Shown: positions 37,811-49,995 of the stretch, in pieces | Layout: each line of letters opens with the position of its first letter | How positions within the stretch are numbered: position 1 is the stretch's first letter | Origin: Malacoraja senta | Taxonomy: Eukaryota | Direction of reading: 5' to 3' | Assembly: GCA_038087875.1 (NCBI GenBank) | Contig: CM075987.1 | Coordinates: 27,902,001-27,962,000 of the forward strand | DNA: 60,000 nt | Notes under the pieces: generated by a model | Told to the model about the DNA's origin: nothing | Databases searched by the model: none | Seen by the model: the letters and a program-made list of their open reading frames with translations, nothing else | Translations under genes and position numbers: made by a program

Positions 37811-38620
37811 TGGTTATCCACTTTGGTGGCAAAAACGGGAAGGCAGACTATTATCTAAATGGTGGCCGATTAGGAAATGGGGAGATGCAGCGAGACCTGG
37901 GTGTCATGGTACACCAGTCATTGAAAGTAGGCAGGCAGGTGCAGCAGGCAGTGAAGAAAGCGAATGGTATGTTGGCCTTCATAGCAAGTGGATTTGAGTA
38001 TAGGAGCAGGGAGGTTCTACTGCAGTTGTACAGGGTCTTGGTGAGACCACACCTGGAGTATTGCGTACAGTTTTGGTCTCCAAATCTGAGGAAGGACATT
38101 ATAGCCATAGAGGGAGTGCAAAGAAGGTTCACCAGACTGATTCCTGGGATGTCAGGACTTTCATATGAAGAAAGACTGGATAGACTTGGCTTATACTCGC
38201 TAGAATTTAGGAGATTGAGAGGGGATCTTATAGAAACGTACAAAATTCTTATGGGGTTGGACAGGCTAGATGCAGGAAGATTGTTCCCAATGTTGGGGAA
38301 GTCCAGGACAAGGGGTCACAGCTTAAGGATAAGGGGGAAATCCTTTAAGACCGAGATGAGGAAAAACTTTTTCACACAGAGAGTGGTGAATCTCTGGAAC
38401 TCTCTGCCACAGAGGGTAGTTGAGGCCAGTTCATTGGCTATATTTAAGAGGGAGTTAGATGTGGCTCTTGTGGCTAAAGGGATCAGGGGGTATGGAGAGA
38501 AGGCAGGTACGGGATACTGAGTTGGATGATCAGCCATGATCATATTGAATGGCGGTGCAGGCTCGAAGGGCCGAATGGCCTACTCCTGCACCTATTTTCT
38601 ATGTATCTATGTATCTATGT
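37811..38620 (+). mobile_element. Young 5'-truncated CR1/HER1-type LINE
   Basis: Uninterrupted ORF2 C-terminus (VIHFGGKN...HLEYCVQFWSP...GEKAGTGY*), 3' UTR and (TCTATGTA)n tail. Confidence 0.92.
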
Positions 38621-39971
38621 AACTTGGACGGTCAGGTCCAGCAATGTCAAACAAGCCTTTAAACTGCGTTACACACCTTGCCGTGGTGCAGAGGTTTGGC
38701 TCAGAGGTGGGTCACATCAAGTTGTTTTGTATAAGTCAAATTGTACAAAATGCAAAGTCAGGATATGCTGCCTGAACAAAAATGAGTTTCACCTTATTTA
38801 TATTTGCATTTGTTCTGAAAAAGTGCAGCTCGGAGATTTGTATCAGGCCGTATCTCAGCCTATTCTGTGACGTGTTCTCCTCAATAGACGTGTTAAGCCC
38901 CAAGAAGCAAATGTCAAGATCCGATCTAGCGAGATCATATTGTTGTGTTTCTTGATCGCATTATCCCAGAGTCTATATTGTGCAGTAACATTTTTTTTAA
39001 TCCTCAAAAATTTGAATTGTAACATAAAAGCAATTACTGAAGGTGATCAGTACTTCACAACTGCATTCCAAATATGTAGATACAAGGAACTGCAGACACA
39101 AATTGCTGGAGTAACTTGATGTCAGCCATTTTCTTGCATTCACCTACAGTATGTCCCTCTATTTATTTCTTACCCAAGTACCTGTTCAAATACCTCCTAC
39201 ATGCCATATTGTTATCTGCCTCAACCACTTCTATGGCAACCTGTTCCATTCAGCCACTAAACTCTCTGAGAAACACCTGCCCCTCAGATGTCCTTTACAT
39301 TTCTCACTTCTCACCTTAAATCTGTGTCCTAGGGATCTAGACTTCCCCAACCAAGGACTCTATTTTAGCAATGCCCCTCATATTTTTATATTCATATTCA
39401 TATTTATATTTTTATAAACCTCTAAGATCAGCTCTTAACCTCCTATGTTCCAGTGAGAATAATCCTCTCCGTGCTGCCCTATCCATCCACCCATGTCATC
39501 ATGTTAAGGGTGCTCTGAACTTGAACTCCAAGGTTCTTCTGTACATCACCATCCAAGTGGTCCCTGCCATTTACTGTTTATGTCCTCTTGATATTTTATG
39601 TCTGGCTAGTTTTATCTCATTGCTCTAATTTTTTCTTTATTATTAGTCTATGTCATTTGCTATTATTAGATTATGACTAGTCTTCCACCAGCCACCCATT
39701 TTTGCACATTTATATGTTTTCATGTTAAAAGTTGTGATACTATTGTTAACTTTTATAGTTAGCCAAAGAGGGTTGGAATTTTTCTTTCCCTTTGGAATGT
39801 ATCCATGCAGTGAATTCTGAAAGATCACCTTTAAACCTCTGCCACTGCATCTCAACTGTCCGATCTCTTAAATCAAATTATTACATTAGGACCCCATTGA
39901 AACAATATAAAATACAATCATGACAGCTACTGTTCAAGGGTGTCTTCACAATGAGGTCATTAATGAACCTG

Positions 39972-40175
39972 AGGTAGACAAAAATGCTGGAGAAACTCAG
40001 CGGATCAGGCAGCATCTATGGAGCGAAGGAAATAGGCAACATTTTGGGTCGAAACCCTTCTTCAGACCCGAAACATTGCCTATTTCCTTCGCTCTATAGA
40101 TGCTGCCTCACCCGCTGAGTTTCTCCAGCATTTTTGTCTACCTTCGATTTTCCAGCATCTGCACTTCCTTCTTAA
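39972..40175. repeat. Fold-back (inverted) pair of Penelope termini
   Basis: GGTAGACAAAAATGCTGGAGAAACTCAGCGG...AGGCAACATTTTGGGTC is mirrored by GACCCGAAACATTGCCT...CCGCTGAGTTTCTCCAGCATTTTTGTCTACC. Confidence 0.85.
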
Positions 40176-40249
40176 ACATGAATGAACCTGACATAGCTCT
40201 GCAAGGTCTAATATAGTCTGGTCTCTGGTTGGCTCCAAGACCTGCTGTT

Positions 40250-40545
40250 TAGTTTAGAGATATCAGCATGGAACAAGGCCCTTCAGCCAACCGAGTCCGT
40301 GCTGACCAGTGATCACTCCATATACTAAAACTATCCTACACACACTAGGGACAATTTACAATTTTACCGAAGCCAATTAACCTACAAACCTGTACATCTG
40401 GGGAGGAAACTGGAGCACCCGGAGAAAACCCACGCAGATCACGGGGAGAAAGTACAAACTCCGTACAGACAGCGCCCGTAGTCAGGATCAAACCCGGGTC
40501 CCTGGCGCTGTAAGGCAGCAACTCTACCACTGCGACACTGTGCTG
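40250..40545 (-). mobile_element. tRNA-derived V-SINE (HE1-like)
   Basis: Same head, core and tail as 11660-11947. Confidence 0.8.
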
Positions 40546-40909
40546 CCCAGTGTTCCATCCAAAAACTGACCACAAACTACTTTTCTCGACTTTCCCAGTC
40601 TGATTTTTCAAGTCCGCATAAAGGTGATATTAAGCCTCATGAATATATAAGAATGACATTAATCTTCATGAACGCATGATTGTAGGAAAAGTGGCTTCTG
40701 CTGATGCTTCTGCAAAGTTTGAAATTATTCTGCTTTAATAATTCAGGAAAGCACTTACATAAAAATTAATATTCAAGCATACTGTAACATTAGAAAAGTA
40801 GTATCCTGAAACACTGCTGTTAATGTAGTGAGAGTGCTTCTCCAATGGCATTAAGTCGGAAGTTGCAGGGTTTTAGCCTATTATGATAATGCAAAACTGG
40901 TGTTTGTAC

Positions 40910-41418
40910 ATGTCATGAGGGTATGTTGCCACCATGTCATGAGGGTATGTTGCCAACATGTCGGTATGTTGCCACCATGCCGGGGTATGTTGCCACCATG
41001 TCGGGGTATGTTGCCAACATGTCGGGGTATGTTGCCAACATGTCGGGGTATGTTGCCACCATGTCGGGGTATGTTGCCAACATGTCGGGGTATGTTGCCA
41101 CCATGTCGGGGTATGTTGCCACCATGTCGGGGTATGTTGCCACCATGTCGGGGTATGTTGCCACCATGTCGGGGTATGTTGCCACCATGTCCGGGTATGT
41201 TGCCAACATGTCGGGGTATGTTGCCACCACGCCAGGGTATGTTGCCACCATGTTGCCACCATGTTGGGGTATGTTGCCACCATGTCGGGGTATGTTGCCA
41301 CCATGTCGGGGTATGTTGCCACCATGTCCGGGTATGTTGCCAACATGTCGGGGTATGTTGCCACCACGCCAGGGTATGTTGCCACCATGTTGCCACCATG
41401 TTGGGGTATGTTGCCAAT
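40910..41418. repeat. 21-bp minisatellite GGGGTATGTTGCCA(C/A)CATGTC
   Basis: More than 20 units. Explains the six-frame repetitive ORFs here. Confidence 0.97.
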
Positions 41419-42371
41419 ATGCTCCTATTGCTCAGGACCTTTGGTCTGTTGAAGGTTTGGAAGTTCCTGTTCTCAGATTTCTGCAGCTGATCTATACATA
41501 TTATGGAACTGGAAAACTTTGAATATGTTACCTTTATTCCAAAAGGGTGGGAGTTACGTGACATCCATTATTGGAAAATTGTAAGAATTGTCTGTTGTAG
41601 AGATAATAATGATGGAACATTGAAAAATAACTTGTCCTCATGAAGAAATCGTGCCTGATACATGTGAATAGAAGACCTGCTGTCCCTTACATAAGATTTG
41701 ATATTGTTGATTTATTCATGTCATCTTGTATTGCAAAGTCAAATTGAAAAGTGGTTCTTTCACTTCAGCTAAGATCGCCACTTTGTACGCCATAAATATT
41801 CACTAATTCATAGTCAATAGGTCAATGAGTAATGGAAAAAAAAGACTTTGAGGTATTATACTAGTTGAAGAAGCAGTTGAAAAGTTCACTTGGCAAGGAG
41901 CTTGTGAGCATATTATCATGTCTCAGAAACAACCTATTGTGCCACTTTTCCTACTTATCCAAATGTGGCAGCCCTTTAGAAGACAATGAGGTCACATAAA
42001 CAGTAGTGACATGTACAAGCAGCAAATCATCTTTGGAGAAACAAGGAACTGCAAATGCTGGTTCCAGAATCGTCACGGCAATTGGTATTGCCCTACACCC
42101 CCCCCCCCACCGCCCCCCCCCCCTCCCCGGCCAATGTAGGACATGCTGTGTGGACCTGCACTCGCCACGGACAGTGTTTGTTGCCTGGGCCCCCCCAACA
42201 CTCATCCCAGATGCTCCCCCCTCTCTCTCTTCCTCTTTCTACCCACTGTTCTCTCTTCCACTCTCCCTCCTACTCTCCTTCCTTCAATCTCTTTACACTC
42301 TCCGAAAGAGAGTGTTTTCCTATTACATTGTTCAAAAATATTGGGAAATCCATTTATTATATAAAAATGTG

Positions 42372-45300
42372 ATTTTTTTGTTTTTTTTGTTTTTGTTTAT
42401 TTTATTAGAAGTTAATACAATACAAAACAATACAGTGGCACCTAATTTTAGGTGCCAACTATGTCATAACGTAATGCATTCTATGTACAACCTCTAGTTT
42501 TATGTTTTTGAAAAGGAGGTAAATTTTTTTTAAAAAGAAAGAAAAAAATAGAGAAAAGAAAGAGGAAAAATAAATAGTAGAAAATAGAAAAACGTGCAGT
42601 GTGTATATAAGAAAAGAAAAAATAGAAAGTAGAAATAGTAGAAAAAGACCCTTAAAAAAGAAATTTTCAAATCTTTGTTTGGAGATGTAAATCTATCCAC
42701 GACCTGACCTGAAATCAGTAATCTTTACGGTACTGCTGCATCACATGATTCCAAAAAGTCGATGAAAGGGGACCAACTCCTTAAGAATTGGTCATATTTA
42801 TCTATTAGGCGGAGTCTCATTTCTTCAAGGTGTGCTATGTCCGTCATATTCCTAATCCACATTTTAATAGTTGGTATAGCTGTATTTTTCCAAAATTTAA
42901 GTATCAATTTCTTTCCAATTATTAACCCATAATTAAAGAATACTTTTTGGTCTTTGTTTAAATTGATATCTTCTAATATTATTCCAAATATAATCCATTC
43001 CATATTAGGTTCTATTCTTGACTTGAAGAGCTTTGTAAATATATCAAATATATCGCTCCAAAATGTATTCAACTTTGTACATCCTACAAATGAATGTGTT
43101 ATATTGGCATTTTGAAACAAACATTTATCGCATCTGGGAGAGACATTTGGGTAAAATTTATTCAACCTCGTTTTTAAATAATATAGTCTATGTAATTTAA
43201 ATTGAAATAAATTATGTCTTGCATTAATGGAACAATTATGTGTATTCATCAGATACTTTTCCCATCTATCTTTCGGGATCTTTATCATTAGTTCATGTTC
43301 CCAATCTTCTCTTAGTGCCTCTGTTGAGGGTAATTCTCTATTTAATATACTATTATAAAAATATGATATTAGTTTTTGTGAATCAGCCTTAATATTCATT
43401 GCTTCTTCTAAAGGGTCTAAAAATATAGTTTGAAATCTATGTATATATTTCTTCATAAAGTCACATATCTGTATATATTTAAAATATTGATTATCATTCA
43501 GTTTAAATTTTAATTTTAATTGTTGAAATGATAACAATTTGCCCAGTTCATACATATCTCCTACTTTCCTAATCCCCAATCTATCCCATTGTTTATATGT
43601 TTTATCGATAAGAGATGGTTTGAATGCAGGATTATTCAGAATTGGGGTTAATACTGATAGATTATTTAATTTCAAGGATAATTTTATTTGTTTCCAAATT
43701 CTTATTGTATTGTGAATAATTGGGTTCTTCTTATATATTATACTATTCAATTTTATTGGTGAGAACAAGATCGTTCCTATATCGTACGGGAAACACTCCT
43801 CTTTTTCCATTCTTATCCACTCCGACTGGTGAGTTGAACTATCCAACCAGTACATTATGTTCTTAATATGCACTACTCAGTAGTAATACGTAAAGTTAGG
43901 TAGTGATAAACCCCCAGCTTCTTTAGGTTTACACAAATGCTTTCGTTGAATTCTGTGTGCTCTATAATCCCATATAAAATTAGTGATATTAGAATCTAGT
44001 TTTTTGAAAAAATATTTCGGAATATATATTGGGATCGCTTGAAACAAATATATTAATTGTGGTAAGTAAGTCATTTTTATAGTGTTAATTCTACCTATCA
44101 ATGAGAGTGGGAGCGTTTTCCAAAATTTAATCATAACATTCAATTTATTTAATAGTGGCATAAAATTGGCGCTAAGTAATGATTTGTGTCTTCTCGTAAT
44201 TTGAATACCTAAATACTTGAATTTTTCTGTTGCAATTTTGAAAGGGAATTTTAATAAGTGTCTCGCATCCTGTGGTTTTAAAGACATGATTTCGCTTTTA
44301 TTCCAATTTATTCTATATCCTGAAAAAGAACCAAATTGCTCAATTAGTGTTAATAAGGTGGGAATACTCGTTTGTGTATTAGTAATATATAAAAGAATAT
44401 CATCAGCATATAATGAAATTTTATTCTTTGAGTCCTTGGTATTATATCCGTGAATATTCGGATGATTTCTAATCCTTTCAGCCAACGGTTCTATCATAAG
44501 GGCAAATAGCAATGGTGATAAGGCACAACCCTGCCTATTACCCCTTGATAAATAAAATTTTGAAGATAACATATTGTTAGTTAATATTCTTGCCGTAGGT
44601 TTATCATAAAGTAGTTTAACCCATCTAATAAAATTCTCTCCCGTATTAAATTTTTCGAGTACCTTATATAAATACTGCCATTATACCTGATCAAATGCCT
44701 TCTCTGCATCCAGCGTAACGACTGAAATATCTTCAATGTCCTCTTTGTGAGAGTACATTATATTGAAAAGCCTTCTCAAGTTATTAAATGATTGTCTTTT
44801 GGGTATAAATCCCGTTTGATCCGGGTTTACCAATTTATTAATATAATTATTCAGTCTTCTTGCTAGAATCTTTGCTAAAATTTTCTGATCCGTATTTAAA
44901 AGTGATATAGCTCTGTAAGAACCCGGTTCATCTAAATCTTTATCTTTTTTTGGTATAAGCGTTATTGTTGATTCTGCTCAAGTTTCTGGTAGTTTATTTT
45001 CGGTATATGCCTGCGTGTATAAGTTGAGTAATCTTGGTACAAGTGACTCCTGAAAGCGTTTATAAAATTCATTACTAAAACAATCTGGTCCTGGGGTCTT
45101 CCCAATTTTCAATGAGTTTATTATTTGTTTTATTTCTTCACTAGTAATCCGTGCTCCTAATTCCTCTTGTTCTAAACTATCCAATTTAGGGAGGTGCAAA
45201 TATCTAAAACATTTGTAATTTTACTATCGTCTGTATTTATTTTAGTTGTGTATAAATTATGATAAAATTGGGCAAACCTTTTATTAATATCCTTTGGTAA

Positions 45301-46611
45301 TGTTAGAAGCTCACCCTTATCAGATTTAATTTTAGTGATAGTATTTTCCTTTTCTTGTTGCTTCAGTTGCCTCGCTAATAATTTATGTGGCTTATCCCCA
45401 AATTCGAAGTGTGCCTGTTTTGTAATTTGGAATAGTCTTATTACTCTACCCGATAATATTCTATTGAGTTTATATTTCAATAAAGTTATCTTATTATGTT
45501 TATCTATAGTTGGGTCACTTGCATTGTCCAGTTCTAGTTCTGTTCTATCCTCTGAAGTTCTCTTTATTTTCTTTATTTTGATAACTTTGATAAGAGATTA
45601 TAACACCGCGAATGTATGCCTAAAGGTTTCCCATAATAGCGATACAGAAATACCCGGCGTATCATTTGTCTCGAAAAAAAATGTTGTTTGGTTCTTTTAT
45701 ATACTCATAACCCTGCGGGTTATTTAATATTTGTGCGTTGAATTTCCCAATTTCCCAAAAGATTTTATACCCGGCATTCCCTCGATTTTAAGAATAAAAG
45801 TCAGTGGTGAATGATCGGAAATAATACTATTATGATATGATGGTTTAATTGTATACGGGATTAATTTTGTATCCACTAAGAAATAGTCAATTCGTGAATA
45901 AGTTTTATGAGGCGACGAGTAAAACGAATATTCCCTTCCAATTGGGTTTGCTATTCTCCAAACATCAGCTATGTTATTATTTTTTATATAAGTATTTAAA
46001 AATTCACAGGTCTTAGTTTTAACTAGATGCTTCCCTACCTTTATTGATTTATCTATGTATGGGTCTATAACACAATTAAAATCTCCCCCATTATAATATT
46101 TTGATAATTATGCTCTGCAATTATATCTAGTATTTTCTTAAAAAATTGGGGATTATCAAAATTAGGCGCATAAATATTTATTATAGTTAATGGTGTATTG
46201 TAAATTTCTCCCGTGACTATAACGTATCTTCCCTCTTTATCAGATATAGACTTCTTTAATTTAAAAGGTATACCTTTCCAAATTATAATGACCGTGCCTC
46301 TTGCTTTAGAAGTGAATGAGGAGTAGTAGGTTTGACCTATCCAGTTTGCCCTTAATCTGATCTGCGTTTGTTGTTTCAAATGCGTTTCTTGTAGGAAAGC
46401 AATATCAATGTTTAATGATTTTAATTGTGCCAGAATTTTACCCCTCTTAATTGGCTCATTCGCACCTCTAATGTTCCAACTACAAAAAGTGAGACCTCCG
46501 GTGTTTATTCGACTATTATCTTGCATTGGCTATTATTACCAGAATGTATAATTCATGTGATGCAGCCAAGTACCTCGAAATCCCGAGTCCAGGGATGTCC
46601 TTCATAATTTC
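42372..46611 (-). mobile_element. L1-clade LINE, complete but disrupted ORF2, cut by the gap at its 5' end
   Basis: APE endonuclease (CSWNIRG...IAFLQETHL), RT (RQGCALSPLLF, LYADDILLY), C-terminal RCDKC...HSFVGC, and AATAAA with an A-rich tail near 42372-42406. Several frameshifts and stops. Confidence 0.93.
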
Positions 46612-46811
46612 NNNNNNNNNNNNNNNNNNNNNNNNNNNNNNNNNNNNNNNNNNNNNNNNNNNNNNNNNNNNNNNNNNNNNNNNNNNNNNNNNNNNNNNNN
46701 NNNNNNNNNNNNNNNNNNNNNNNNNNNNNNNNNNNNNNNNNNNNNNNNNNNNNNNNNNNNNNNNNNNNNNNNNNNNNNNNNNNNNNNNNNNNNNNNNNNN
46801 NNNNNNNNNNN
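46612..46811. other. Assembly gap (200 N)
   Basis: Run of N. True length unknown. Confidence 1.
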
Positions 46812-47505
46812 GGGAGATGGAGGGGGGAGAGGGATGGGGGGGAGAGAGGATGGGGGGGGAGAGAGGATGGGGGGGAGAGAGGATGGGGGGGATGGGGGGG
46901 GAGAGGGATGGGGGGGAGATGGATGGGGGGGAGAGAGGATGGGGGGGAGAGAGGATGGGGGGGATGGGGGGGGAGAGGGATGGGGGGGAGATGGATGGGG
47001 GGGAGAGAGGATGGGGGGGAGAGAGGATGGGGGGGAGAGAGGATGGGGGGGAGAGAGATGGGGGGGAGAGAGGATGGGGGGAGAGGATGGGGGGAGAGGA
47101 TGGGGGGGGAGATGGATGGGGAGGGGGAGAGGAAGGGGGGAGAGAGAGGGGGAGAGAGGAAGGGGGGAGAGATGGGGGGGGAGAGAGGATGGGGGGGAGA
47201 GAGGAAGGGAGGGAGAGGATGGGGGGAGAGGATGGGGGGGAGAGAGGATGGGGGGGAGATGGGAGGGGGGAGAGGAAGGGGGGAGAGAGGATGGGGGGGA
47301 GAGAGGATGGGGGGGGAGATGGATGGGGGGGGGAGATGGATGGGGGGAGAGATGGATGGGGGGGGGAGATGGATGGGGGGGGAGAGATGGATGGGGGGGA
47401 GAGATGGATGGGGGGGAGAGAGTGGATGGGGGGGGGGGGGGGAGATGGATGGGGGGGGGGGGGAGATGGATGGGGGGGGGGGGAGATGGATGGGGGGGGG
47501 AGGGA
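46812..47505. repeat. G-rich purine low-complexity repeat (GGATGGGGGGGAGAGA-like units)
   Basis: About 690 bp with essentially no C on the + strand and many G5-G15 runs. Confidence 0.95.
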
Positions 47506-47831
47506 CGTGTCTGGGCTCCGCTGGAGCTGCAGCTGCAACAAGGACTGAGCTCAGGCCGGTACCCGGCGGAAGGAGCCATAGCAACGGGCGAGGGAGGCTG
47601 CGGCTGCGGCTGCGGATTGGCGATGTCAGGCCAATGGTGGGCGGTGGGCGCCGGGGACCAATGGTAAAGGGGAGCCGTCAGTCTGTCAGGTGGTGGTGCA
47701 GCATTGCAGCAGCTCAGCCCAGGGAGAGGGAGAGGGAGAGGGAGAGGGAGAGGGAGAGGCAGCGCCGCCCGTAGCCGGAGCTTCCCGGGTTCCAGCCCCG
47801 CATCCCATCCCATCCCATCCCACCCCGGACG
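47506..47831 (+). promoter_or_regulatory. GRIN1: GC-rich putative GRIN1 promoter / 5' UTR
   Basis: CpG-rich, with ATTGG 47616-47620, CCAAT 47631 and 47658, GGGCGG 47639, and X-box-like CCATAGCAAC near 47576. It also has (AGGGAG)n and (CATCC)n runs. TSS not determinable. Confidence 0.6.
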
Positions 47832-48083
47832 ATGCTGCTCCTGCTGCCGCTACTCGTGGCCGTCGCTCTACTCCCGGCCGGAGCCGGCGCCGCGCCCAGA
47901 GTGGTCAACATCGGCGCCGTCCTCAGCACCAAGAAGACGGAGAACACCTTCAGGGAGGCGGTGGTTCTGGCGAACCGCAAACATGGAGCGCAGCGCATTC
48001 AACTCAACGCCACAGCCGTCACACACAAACCCAACGCTATCCAGATGGCGCTGGCTGTGTGCGAGGACCTCATCAGCAGCCAG
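47832..48083 (+). CDS. GRIN1: NMDA receptor subunit GluN1, coding exon 1
   Basis: Signal peptide, then VNIGAVLS...[33 protein letters not shown], the GluN1 N-terminus. Confidence 0.97.
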
Positions 48084-49479
48084 GTAACCCGCTAACTAGC
48101 AGCGCTAACTTGCACTAACTAGCACCTAACCAGGCCTCCTCACTCACCAGCAGCAGGTCATAGCGGTAATCACCAGCATTCACAGTTAACGATTAGTAAC
48201 CGGCCACATTTTCCATTAACTAGCAAAATATATTTTCTATTATAATCCAATATCTACTGTTACAAAATACTAATCGGACGTTTATATTAACCAGCATCTG
48301 TTGGGAAACACGAATGTACCATTTTTCTGGCGCTGTTTATAATTCGACACCATCGATGATCGATACTAATCTGCAATATTTTCTTTTGACTTATTACTAA
48401 TATATTTTTTTATCAAGTTCCAGTCGGGAACATTTCTAGCATCATTAACTAGCAATGTTTACGACGATAAAATACAAATCAGCCACATTTTCCCCACTGA
48501 TTATGGAGTCTTGGTTAACGAGGTTTTCTAGTGCCGATGACCGTATTAACTGGCGAGATTCATCACTAGCATCATTTTAGTACTGGCTGTTAATTAACTA
48601 GTAGCAGTTTCTGCCGCTAAACGGTAATGTGCAGCATTGATTAACGCTGACTGCTGTTAACTATTTAATGGCGGCGGCGGATGGGTCAATGTTGGGATGG
48701 ACAGGTGGTGGAGCTGGATGTTTTATAACTCCTGCTGTCTGTAACCCATTCCTGGAAAGCGCGGCTGATGTGTGACAACTCAATCCGCCTGACCCCACCA
48801 CACATATATTAATATTTCTGGTTAATAAAATTCTATTAATTGCAGACTTGTTTTTCTCATATTTTCATGTGATTTAGTTTCGAGATACAGGGTGGAAACA
48901 GGCCCTCCCGGCCACTGAATCCGCTCCGACAATTTACAGAAGTCAATTACCTCCAAACCTGCACGTCTTTAGGACGTGGTGGGGAAAAAAACCACCCGGA
49001 GAAAACCCAGGGAGAACGTACAAAATTCCGCAGTCAAGATCCCCAGGATTGCCACCAGTTCAAAATCAAGGAAGTCCCTTCCTTCCCAGAGAGCAGCCGC
49101 CCACACTCTGACCTCTTGTGCTGTTCATTCCCTGCAGCCTCCACTGAAGCTTCACCTCAGCTACCAAGCGGAATTCTGTTGCAACTAGATGAACCCTCCC
49201 TTCCACTCCACCCTAACTACCCCACCTCAACGCAATCTCCCCCTCCCACCCTATCCTAACTACCTGTCCCACCTCTCCCTCCCTCCCCACCCCAATCACA
49301 GACCACCACCCTCCCCCACCACTCCTCCCACCGACCTCACCCACCCCACCCCCACCCTCCAGCTCCACCCTAACTGCGTCACCCACCTCTCCATCCCACC
49401 CCACAGGCAGGTTTTGCTTGTTACAGTTTGTCTGTTCGCAGGAGATGTAAATAGCAGGAAAATGAATGGAGGAAGGAGA

Positions 49480-49995
49480 AATAAACATAGAAAAATAGGC
49501 TCAGGAGTCGGCCCTTCGAGCCATTCAATATGATCATGGCTGATCATCCAAAATCAGTACCCCGTTCCTGCTTTCTTCCCATATCCCTTGATTCCTTTAG
49601 CCCTAAGAGCTAAATCTAACTCTCTCTTGAAATCATCCAGTGAATTGGCCTCCTGTCTTCTGTGGCAGAGAATTCCACAGACTCACAACTCTCTGGGTGA
49701 AGAAGTGTTTCCTCGTCTCAGTCCTAAGCGCCCGACCCCTTATTCTTGAACTGTGAACCCTGATTCTGGACTCCCCCAACATGCGGAACATTTTTCCGTC
49801 ATCTAGCCTGTCCTATTCTTTAACAATTTTATATGTTTCTATACGATCCCCTCTCATTTCTCTAAATTCCAGTGAATACAAGCCCAGTCGACCCATTCTT
49901 TCATCATATGCCAGTCCTGCCATCCCGGGAATTAACCTGGTGAACCTATGCTGCACTCCCTCAATAGTAATAATATCCTTCCTCAAATTAGGAGA
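49480..49995 (-). mobile_element. CR1-type LINE 3' end in GRIN1 intron 1
   Basis: SPNLRKDIITIEGVQHRFTRLIPGM...GDRIETYKI plus the 3' tail. Confidence 0.88.

Noticed and set aside
41420..41522. DLWSVEG...FLQLIY as the missing CHAT 'SLWxV' exon
   Set aside because: No suitable phase-1 acceptor with the preceding 'AxxV' motif, an early stop, and no HPxxWA motif. Probably chance.
40873..41564. Six-frame repeat ORFs and p53-like half sites in the 21-bp repeat
   Set aside because: The ORFs come from the repeat unit. The second half site lacks the essential core C (TATG instead of CATG).
46516..47813. Long Pro-rich and Gly-rich ORFs (extensin-like)
   Set aside because: Translations of the G-rich low-complexity tract and the N gap.
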